Below, one piece after another: positions 49,388 to 58,100 of a DNA stretch of 64,000 bases. This DNA is from a virus (lineage: Duplodnaviria; Caudoviricetes), in IMG/VR virus record IMGVR_UViG_2920951204_000001, positions 64,001 to 128,000 of that record; one strand, written 5' to 3'. The position numbers and the translations under genes are program-made. The stretch's first letter is position 1. Each line of letters opens with the position of its first letter. Below the pieces are notes generated by a model. The model was not told the DNA's origin, searched no databases, and saw nothing but the letters and a program-made list of their open reading frames with translations.

Positions 49388-49922
49388 GAAAATGTACTGC
49401 GCCCTTTGTTATAAGATTGAAAATAATGTCTTTCAATTAACGTAGCGAATGCAGACCTTTTGTGTACTTTAAAACACAATAAATCTCGAATAATGCTGGG
49501 AATCCCTAAAGCCAACAACCACAATTATCAAGGAAACGAAGATAATACGGTGTTAATAGCAAAACAAATGTTGGATGTCATACCCATGAAAATTGGTTAA
49601 AATGACATAGTATGTTAAGTCGTACAGTATGAGTGCTGAAATGTACTCCTCTACTACAATGGGTGGTCTATAGGTAGGTTTAATAACCGAAAGCAGTCGT
49701 TGGCTAAGTCGTATATACGATAGTTGTCTTGTAGTGACGCACAAGAATGTCAACGGTTCAGAGACTGGCAAGAGCAGGCAGATTTACAGACTAATGTTCT
49801 TCTGCTTGGATATACAGTCCCGATTTGCGAAAGCAAACGTAATGCGTTAAATAATATTATGCTGACTTCTGAAAACAGATAGTATTATTTTAAAATTAAA
49901 TTAAAAGAAAGGAATTTTAAAT

Positions 49923-50072
49923 ATGAAAAAATTTATTTATACATTAAAACAAATATTACCATTAACTTATTATTCAAAGTATAAAGTCCAGAATGGAGTT
50001 AAAGAACTCGCAATCTGGACTCAGTGGTTTGGTAAACCATTTAATATTAAGCGATATACTTTAGCCGACTAA
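49923..50072 (+). CDS. small hypothetical protein (49 aa, MKKFIYTLKQILPLTYYS...W.QWFG); intron cargo
   Basis: Hand-translated; GAAAGGA RBS. Confidence 0.6.
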   Translation: MKKFIYTLKQILPLTYYSKYKVQNGVKELAIWTQWFGKPFNIKRYTLAD

Positions 50073-50200
50073 TGGAATTTAGTCCCATTGCATTTTGGGC
50101 ATGGTGGCATTGTATCGGTATCATCATCTAATACAATCACCTGTCCACAATTGTCACAAGTATATTGACCTTTACCAGGCTTTTCTCCTGTGTTTGGCAT
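50069..50200 (-). CDS. small zinc-ribbon protein (43 aa, MPNTGEKPGKGQYTCDNCG...PPCPKC); intron cargo
   Basis: Hand-translated; AAAGGAGG RBS; two CxxC pairs. Confidence 0.75.
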   Translation of the reverse strand: MPNTGEKPGKGQYTCDNCGQVIVLDDDTDTMPPCPKCNGTKFH

Positions 50201-50366
50201 AAGTCCATCCTCCTTTCTTAATCGTACATAATGTTATGGTAATATTATAGCACTATGTTTGTAAGATTAATAGAACAAATCTATGGTTTATAAATATTTT
50301 AAATTTTAGTATTGACAATTAACTTACGACATTGTATAATCAAACTTGCAAACGGGAGGTATATAG

Positions 50367-50555
50367 ATGTCAGATGTCAGAGAGGTCTATGTTACTGCTG
50401 AAGTTGCTAAAATTTTAGATATTACTCCTGCTTATTTAATACGATTGGCAAAAGGTTTGAATTTATCAAATAGCCAATTTAGAGAAGCAGGAAAACGCAA
50501 TTATCTTTTTAGTAAAGAATCAGTAGCAATAATCAGAGCTAATTTAAAAAAATAA
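50367..50555 (+). CDS. small MerR-like HTH DNA-binding protein; intron cargo
   Basis: Y.TAEVAKILDI....L; upstream TTGACA-N17-TATAAT at 50312-50340. Confidence 0.7.
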   Translation: MSDVREVYVTAEVAKILDITPAYLIRLAKGLNLSNSQFREAGKRNYLFSKESVAIIRANLKK

Positions 50556-50673
50556 AACAAACACTCATCGCTCCGACCAAAGAACAAATGAGTGTTTTAC
50601 ATATGAGATTTCTCTCAACTCTTATTCTACTATACTTTCAAAATTTTATCAAATGAATTTTGGAGGAATTAAT

Positions 50674-51420
50674 ATGAATGAAGTATTATCAGTTATTCAA
50701 GAGACTGAGATTCTTGGAAAGAAAGTGAATTTGTATCGCAGTATTGAAGAACCATTATTTGAAGCGAATGAAGTTGCAAAATGGTTAGATGTAAAAAATG
50801 TAAGTCAAATGATAAAACAAGCCGATATTGACGATTCTGAAAAGGCTATATTTTTAAAATATACCCTTGGTGGAAATCAAAATTCTTTGTTTGTTTCAGA
50901 AGATGCGATGTATGAAATATTAATGCGTTCTCGAAAGAAAGAAGCAAAGCCTTTTAGAAAAGAAATAAAGAAATATCTTAAGTCTATTCGTCTTACTGGT
51001 GCTGCCATTCCTAAAGGACGTGAGCAAGAAATGGTTCAGAAATATTTCCCATCATTCTCGAAGGAAGTTCAAACTGAAATGATTAATGACTTAATTAAAC
51101 AGAATAACAAATTAAAAGAATTCTATGACGATTTAATAAATACCGAAGGTCTTATGAGTATTAATACCATGGCAAAAGAACTTGCAATTGGAGAATATAC
51201 ATTGTTTGCTTATCTCAGAGGTAAGAAAGTATTTTTCTATGATAAGGATAAGGTAAATGTTCCTTATGAACGTTTTAGAAAAGAAGGAAAATTTGCCGTA
51301 AAAGAAACTCCTTGTCACGATGGTAATATTCGTTCTGTGACATTTGCAACAAAAAAGGGATTAGACTATGTTAGAAAACTTCTTCGCAAAGATGGTTACT
51401 ACACTGCGGAGGTTGTATAA
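50674..51420 (+). CDS. phage antirepressor (Bro-N plus KilA-C/ANT); intron cargo
   Basis: PLFEA.EVA.WL...SRK.EAK.F; AKEL.IGE..LF.YLR...T..T.KG. Confidence 0.85.
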   Translation: MNEVLSVIQETEILGKKVNLYRSIEEPLFEANEVAKWLDVKNVSQMIKQADIDDSEKAIFLKYTLGGNQNSLFVSEDAMYEILMRSRKKEAKPFRKEIKKYLKSIRLTGAAIPKGREQEMVQKYFPSFSKEVQTEMINDLIKQNNKLKEFYDDLINTEGLMSINTMAKELAIGEYTLFAYLRGKKVFFYDKDKVNVPYERFRKEGKFAVKETPCHDGNIRSVTFATKKGLDYVRKLLRKDGYYTAEVV

Positions 51421-51594
51421 ATGGAATACATAAGACTTATAGCATTAAAAGTAGATGATTTCTCTTCTTCTATTTTCTTTGAAAACAATTATAAAATTGA
51501 TGACAAGGAAATTTTAGATGTAGATAAAAAGTGTTTAGAAAATGATGGGTGTATTTGTGTTGTTTTAAAAATGACGAGTAATATAAAAATCTAA
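51421..51594 (+). CDS. small hypothetical protein (57 aa); intron cargo
   Basis: Hand-translated; GGAGG RBS; starts right after the antirepressor stop. Confidence 0.55.
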   Translation: MEYIRLIALKVDDFSSSIFFENNYKIDDKEILDVDKKCLENDGCICVVLKMTSNIKI

Positions 51595-51844
51595 TAGTGC
51601 ATAATAAAAGAGAATGGTTTAAATAATCATTCTCTTTTAGAATTAGCAATGTAAGATTCAAAAAAACAAAGCCCACAGAATTAAATCTATGGACTTTCGT
51701 TCTCCCCCTAAATAATTATATAATACTTTGCAAAAATGCGATACAATTTTTCGTCGTATTTTTTCGACTTTTATTGACTTAAAAAATTTAAAAGTTTTTC
51801 AAAAAAGCATAGATTTTTTCTCATAATTGTGTATAATATAAGTA

Positions 51845-52035
51845 AGAAATTAGAAATGATTTCACTTATCTTCTCATTTCTTCGTAAGAAGATGTTTGTC
51901 GTAGGATAACGAAACGTTAATTAAAAAAATATCCAATTGGAAGACTGGTTCGTAGAGCCACGAACAGGGTAAACTAAAAAAAGCTCAACGAGAAGATAAC
52001 ATCTACTCCTACTCTTGCTAGTAGGAGTATTTTAT
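51845..52035 (+). ncRNA. type III antitoxin RNA array (tenpI-like) with terminator
   Basis: 52-nt periodic units (GAAGA at 51888, 51940, 51992), each an H-type pseudoknot; hairpin TACTCCTAC/GTAGGAGTA plus U-tract before the toxin gene. Confidence 0.7.
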
Positions 52036-52050
52036 TATACGGAGGAGAAT

Positions 52051-52506
52051 ATGTTATTTACACGTTTGTCAGAAAAGTTTTATAATGATTATCCATCAGA
52101 TCAATATCCAGAAATGATGTTAAAAGAAAATCGTCCATATACTCAAGTTATTACAGAGGTGAATGGATTAAAGTTTGCAGTTCCATTGCGTTCAGATATC
52201 TCACATCGCACAGATGTATTATGGACAGATAAACAAGCAAAGCATGGACTGGATTTCACAAAAGCAGTATTGATTCTTGATGATGAATATATTTCTGATA
52301 AACGTGCATATATAAGAGATAAGGAATATCAACATCTTCTTGGAAAAGAAAGACGTGTTAAAGAAAAGATGGAGAAATGTATTGGCAATTACAAAAAAGC
52401 AAAAGAAAATATTGAAGAAGAACATAATGCTGAGTATTGTGGTTTTTCTACACTTCAATATTTTGAGGAATACATATATCCAGATACAAACAAAGACACC
52501 AACTAA
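52051..52506 (+). CDS. tenpN: type III toxin-antitoxin endoribonuclease toxin (TenpN-like); intron cargo
   Basis: FY.DY...E...K..RPY, FAVPLRS.I.H, GLDFTKAV, FSTLQYF; preceded by pseudoknot repeats and a terminator. Confidence 0.8.
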   Translation: MLFTRLSEKFYNDYPSDQYPEMMLKENRPYTQVITEVNGLKFAVPLRSDISHRTDVLWTDKQAKHGLDFTKAVLILDDEYISDKRAYIRDKEYQHLLGKERRVKEKMEKCIGNYKKAKENIEEEHNAEYCGFSTLQYFEEYIYPDTNKDTN

Positions 52507-52706
52507 GGTGTCTTTTTATATTACAGGGTTAATCTCCTGCTCTTTTACTATTCTCATTACTTCTCTATCCAAGTCCATTCTGGTATAGTCTGAACATGTG
52601 TTTTATTATTCTTTCCTATTTCATAAAATTGTAGAATATACGTTCTAATAGAAATATGTAATATTCTGTCGTATAATATTTGGTATAAATTACCAAAGGA
52701 GGTACT

Positions 52707-53504
52707 ATGGATAAAGATTTAGATATTTCATTATTGGAATTCAAATACTTAGACCTAGTTGCTTGTTATACACATAATACTCAAACAAACAAGGGAATGA
52801 CCGCAATCGGTCGTTCAAAAATAATAGATGGTCTAATCCAACTTGAAGAAAATATACATCGAATATTAAGACAGTTAAATGCTTATGATGCTTCTTCTAT
52901 TCTAATTGCAGAAACAAATTGGATGAAACGAAACCATTTTGGTAAATATATGCCAAAGAAAGGTAATAAAAAGAAAGTTGCTTTCGGACAGGTATGCACA
53001 ATTGATTATGGGAAAAGTTATAAGGGTGAAATCGGGTATGTTCATCCTGGTCTTTGTATAGGAAAAAAGGATGATAAATATTTAATTGTACCAATGACAA
53101 CAGGTAAGAACTGGAGGGATACTTGTTATCATCCTACGCTTAATCCAAATATGACAAAGGAACATCGTCAATGTTGTACCTCCGAAGGATTTGAAAAAGA
53201 TGGTGTATTATTGATAAATGATTCAAAGTTTATGTCTGGTGGACGTATTTTAGAATTACATGAAGTAATACCTTCTGAAATTTTAGAAGAGATACAATTG
53301 CAGTTATTGTATATTATGTTTCCAGATATTTATAGAATTTTCAATAAAGACAAAAATAAAATTACTCGTCTTGAAAATTCAGCAAGTGATAGAGAACGAC
53401 AAATTGCAAATTTAAAACTCAAAAATGAAAAATTGTCAAACAGAATTCGTGACCTAGAGTGCGAAATTAATAACATTACATCTTCTACGGAAAATCACGA
53501 ATAA
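52707..53504 (+). CDS. PemK/MazF-fold protein with C-terminal coiled-coil; intron cargo
   Basis: GQVCTIDYG....GEIG..HPGL.I......LIVPMTT. Confidence 0.65.
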   Translation: MDKDLDISLLEFKYLDLVACYTHNTQTNKGMTAIGRSKIIDGLIQLEENIHRILRQLNAYDASSILIAETNWMKRNHFGKYMPKKGNKKKVAFGQVCTIDYGKSYKGEIGYVHPGLCIGKKDDKYLIVPMTTGKNWRDTCYHPTLNPNMTKEHRQCCTSEGFEKDGVLLINDSKFMSGGRILELHEVIPSEILEEIQLQLLYIMFPDIYRIFNKDKNKITRLENSASDRERQIANLKLKNEKLSNRIRDLECEINNITSSTENHE

Positions 53505-53544
53505 AACTGTTGACAAAAGCATATGCTTTACATATAATACTAAG

Positions 53545-53693
53545 TAACGGAACAGGAAGTTCCACGGAACAGTATTATATTTTTACAGAGTCCTGCTTAT
53601 AAATTGCCGTGCCACTGGGTTAATGGCAGAATTTAAGTGTGAGGCTCACGGAGTTAAAGAGCACTATCATTATGGGATGATAATGCTCTTTTT
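53545..53693 (+). ncRNA. putative sRNA downstream of PemK-like gene 1
   Basis: TTGACA-N17-TATAAT (53510-53538); no ORF; hairpins; strong terminator at 53656-53693. Confidence 0.55.
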
Positions 53694-53828
53694 CAATATA
53701 AAAGATTTAGGAGAGTATTACTACTCTCCTTTCCTATTCACCTATAAACATATGTTCTGATAGTATTCTGTCGATTATTGGTATATAACGGTAATATTAA
53801 ATACTAATGCTTGGGAGGATATTAGTTT

Positions 53829-54433
53829 TTGAGAGAATTAAAAGATGAAAAATTACGATATAAATTGGATATAATTTATAAAAACATAAAAAAATTAAAA
53901 AGATTAGATATTGATAATTATTATTGTGCCAACTTATTAGATTGGTTTAATGAAATTATTTTAAAGAATATTGCAATATTTAAGAGCAAAAATGATATTA
54001 ATCAAATGGATCAAGAACTTTTTAAAAAAGAAAGACAATATGTTTATTGGATTGATTTCGGTAGAAATATAGGAAGTGAATTTAGAGATTTACATTTTGC
54101 GGTTGTAATATTTGAATCAAAATATACAGCTCTAGTGATTCCATTAACATCTAAAAAAGATCATGATCCAACATGGATTGAAGAAAATAAAGAAGCGATT
54201 GTTGATTTAGGAATCATAAATGGCTTTCCTGATGAAACAAAAGAATGTTATGCCTGTACTTTTATGATACAATCTGTTAGTAAAAACGCCTTTCACGATA
54301 TGGAGATAACCAAAAAGGATATTTTGATATTAAACTTTCTAATAATCAAATGAGAAAAATATGTAATAATTTATCTCAAATTGCATATAATAGTATATCA
54401 GAAAACATTGTTGACACAAACGAATTGATGTGA
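53829..54433 (+). pseudogene. PemK/MazF-fold protein with an apparent 1-nt frameshift at A5 (54282-54286); intron cargo
   Basis: VYWIDFG.NIGSEF...HFAVVI.....LVIPLTSKK; adding one A restores QSVSKKRL...LSNNQMRKI to a stop at 54433. Confidence 0.65.
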
Positions 54434-54445
54434 TATAGTTAAATA

Positions 54446-54573
54446 GTCAATAAGGACAGTGAATTGATATGTTAGGATTACCATTTTCCTAACGCTATTT
54501 GGCATTGAGCCAGTGAATTATATAAAAAGATATTTCTTTTATGAGCAACTATAAACATATAGTTGCTCTTTTT
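54446..54573 (+). ncRNA. putative sRNA downstream of PemK-like gene 2
   Basis: TTGACA-N17-TATAGT (54411-54439); CAGTGAATT repeated 54 nt apart; terminator GAGCAACTAT/ATAGTTGCTC plus U-tract. Confidence 0.55.
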
Positions 54574-54634
54574 TGTCTAAAAAAAGAGTAGTAATTTCTC
54601 ACTACTCTTCTATTCTATAGTCGGAACATTTCTT

Positions 54635-55042
54635 CTACCATTTTGCACCGCAATTTTTACAATGCATAGTCTTTCTAATGTCAGAACTAAATAATCCAAA
54701 TAATGCACCTCCAACTGCTTTCTTTCCTAAAGAAATTTTTTCTATATTTGATGAACCACAAGTTGGACATTTAGGTATATTATCCTCTTTCTGTTTTTTA
54801 AATTGCATCATACGTGATTCAAACTCAATAATATCATTTCGTTTTAAGTCGTCCATTGCTTTTAAAAATACTTTGTTATGGTTGGTTGCGTCTCCTAGAA
54901 TATTAATTTCTTTTCCTGTCAAAGCAGAATCAATTAATCCTTCCGAATGACAATTTGGGCATATTTGTGTGTCAGCATTAAAAAAAGGTAAAAACCCTGT
55001 ACGGTCAGTATTTTCATAACAATTTTTACAAAATTTTGGCAT
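54635..55042 (-). CDS. double zinc-ribbon protein with a glycine-rich hydrophobic segment; intron cargo
   Basis: Start MPKFCKNC behind GGAGG; CPNC, CPTCGS, GGALFGLFS, CKNCG. Confidence 0.75.
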   Translation of the reverse strand: MPKFCKNCYENTDRTGFLPFFNADTQICPNCHSEGLIDSALTGKEINILGDATNHNKVFLKAMDDLKRNDIIEFESRMMQFKKQKEDNIPKCPTCGSSNIEKISLGKKAVGGALFGLFSSDIRKTMHCKNCGAKW

Positions 55043-55154
55043 AATCAAAAACCTCCAATTTAACTTTAATATATTTGTTGTTATATTATTTTTTATTCTA
55101 TCTATTATTATAACATTTATCAGAAGTAAATGATAGTCTATTTCTATCTCTAAG

Positions 55155-58100
55155 GCAGTACGTTGGGATAAAGAAAATGGACTTACCACATGGATAGATT
55201 CATTTAAGAATTTAAATATAGAAAATATAAAAGAATTAAAGAATTTGTTTTCCGACAGTAGGTTATTAACCTCTGACGACAATGAGTTAGATGCTCTTTT
55301 CGACACAAAAGGGATTACTAAATATCGTCAAAACATAAAAGATTTTCTTACTGATACTAAATACGGAACAAAAGACTTATCAACTTTCAAACAGTATCTT
55401 AAAGATAATAACATAGCCTTTTCGGGTTTTTCGAAAGTAGTTAACGCCGGTAAAACAGCAATAAAATCATTTGGTGCTTCTCTCGCTTCTATGGCTGCTA
55501 TGTGGGCAATTATGGAAGTTGTTTCTTGGGCAGCTACAGCAATTGATAATTACGTTAATCGTGTTAAATATGCAAAAGAAGCCCTTGATGACTTCTCTTC
55601 TTCTGTTAAAGACCAAGAGAGTTCATTATCTTCAAATAATCAATGGATTCAACAAAATGGAGATAGGTATGCTAAATTGGCTAAAGGTGTTAATGAATAC
55701 GGTCATAATATTTCATTAACTAGCGATGAATTTAGTGAATATAGAAATATTACTAAAGAAATTGCCAATATGTTTCCTGAAATGGTATCGGGTTATAACG
55801 ACCAAAATGACGCTATTATTAAGAATAAAGGTAGCGTTGAAGCATTAACTAAGGCTTATGAAGATCAAAAGAAGGCTTATTATGCTACGATTAGAGGTAA
55901 ATCAGACGAAACCTTTAGTGACTTTAAAACAGCTACAGAAGACGATTATAAAAAAATAACAGAATTAAGAAACATGATGAAAAATGGTTTTCGCACACCG
56001 GGTTATTCAAGTCCTGCTGTTGGCAATGCTCCTTCTGTATGGGACGTATTAGATAATGATACTGTTTATGCTTTACAAGAGGAACAAAGGCAATTAAAGT
56101 CTGAAGGAAAAGTTGGCATGTATACTGATTTTTCTCAATTAACTCCGCAACTTCAACAGAAAATTCGTGATGTATTTACTAATCTAAATAACACAATTGA
56201 TGCCGAATCAGAAAAAGTGCGTCCAATTTTAACTGCGTATTTATATAGTGATACATCTGGTTATGACAAGTTAGATGACGATGCTAAAAATGCTGTTCAA
56301 TCTTTTATTCAAAATGTAGACAATACATTCTTTGAAAGTTTTGATTCTGATATTGATATGGAAACGTGGATAACAGAAAATGTTATTAATCCATTAAAAG
56401 ATGGAATTAACAGTGAAGATTTAGCAGTTCGTATACAAACATTATTTTCTTTAAATAAGAAAGATTATGATAGTTATGCCGATTATGTTAAAGCAGTTTT
56501 AGATTTAATTAATTCTTTACAAAATCAAACTGGCAAAGATGGGAAAAAGATTTATTCTAAAACCCAAATTGATAATTTAAAAACAAAATTTGGTGTAGGT
56601 GATGTTGATTCTGAGGGTAATGTTTCAGGAAACAAACTTATAGAACAAACTCAAAAGAAGTATTCTCAAATCAAAGGGGCTAATGAATATATTAAAACCT
56701 TAAATGAAGATGAGTTACGTTATGTTAATAATGTTAAAGGTGAAGTAAAAACACTTGAAGATTTAAAAAATAAAGTTAAATCTTTAAATGCGAAAAACCA
56801 AGATACTTCTGATTCCAAAAAGAAATCTTTTAAACAAGCATGGAAAGACCTCGATAATGTAGATAGCAAGTCTGATATGAAGAATACCAAGAAAGACCTT
56901 CTTGCCCTTGCACAAGCTGGTAAACTTACAGAAAAAACTTTTAAAAGGACTAAAGGCACTAAGACTTGGTTATCACAAATGGGAATTGATGCGACTACTG
57001 CGGTTAAAAAAATCAATAAATTGATTGATGCTTCTAAACAACTTGCAACATTAAAATCTAGTGTAAAGTCTTTACAAACTGCTCTTAATGAAAAGAAAGA
57101 GAATGGTGTTGTTGGTGCAGATACTCTTAGTAGTATGGAATCAGAATTTAGTAATCTAAAATCTTGGGACGATTATAGAAATAAACTTGGTTCTACTACT
57201 TCTACTATTGAACAATGCCGTGAAGCACAAAATAAATTAGCAACAGAGTATATTAATAGTAATGATTTTTTATCACAGCTTGTCGATACAAATGGAAAAG
57301 TTAAAGAATCAACTAAACAATATTATATCGAACAGCTTAAAGAGTTGGGTGTAAAAAATGCTATTGAGGTTGTAGAGGCTCAAATAAAAAAACAAAAACT
57401 TGAATTGCTTATAGCTGATGCTAAGTTAGACACATCTTTTAAAACGGAAATTAATAATTTAATAAATGAGGGGATTCAACTTGGCTATAATGAAAATGCT
57501 ATAAAAAAATATGTTCTCAAAAAGGCTTTGGCTAATAAAAATTCATTAAAAACATCAGATAGTATTAAAAACCTTAAAGCTTTGGCTAAACAGTTGGGTA
57601 TTACTGGGGAAGCCATGTTGTCGTTTGTAACGTTAGAGGGTTTAAAAAAAACGTATGAAAATATTACGAAATCTGGTAATGCAGACACTCAACACGCTTT
57701 GCCTTCTCTTCAAAAACAAATAAGTGCTGAAGAAAAAAATTTAAAAAAACTTATAAAGAAAGATGTTCGCATTACAGATGCAGATATAGGCGATGCTGGT
57801 AAATATGGTGGGGTTAATATTGGAAACGGAAAAGGCTCTGGTTCTTCTTCCTCTTCTTCTAACAAGGTATTTGACTGGATTGAAGTTCGTTTAAAACGAT
57901 TGGAAAATAAAGTTAAGAAAACGGTTGACAATATAAACGATTATGCTTCTAAGAAAACTAAAAACGGATTATTTAAACAGGCGAAAAAACAGTATGATGA
58001 CTTATTACACGGATATGAAATTGCAGCAAAGAAATACAAGAAAAAACTCGACAGGATTAATCTTTCTTCTGACTTAAAAAAGAAGATTCAGAGCGGTGAT

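Larger units (their letters stand above)
49388..55154 (+). mobile_element. group I intron (~5.77 kb) in the tape measure gene, with cargo genes in its P9 region
   Basis: P AATGCTGGGAA (49492), R GGTTCAGAGACTG (49755), S GATATACAGTCC (49809), GAAA-capped P9; IGS AATGTACTGC pairs with exon 2 GCAGTACGTT; U before the 5' site and G at the 3' site; splicing restores the frame. Confidence 0.85.

Noticed and set aside
49385-55245. Two independent TMP genes, or a TMP pseudogene broken by an insertion
   Set aside because: The group I core, the exact 10-bp P10, canonical U/G splice nucleotides and frame restoration explain the split better; exon 2 has no RBS
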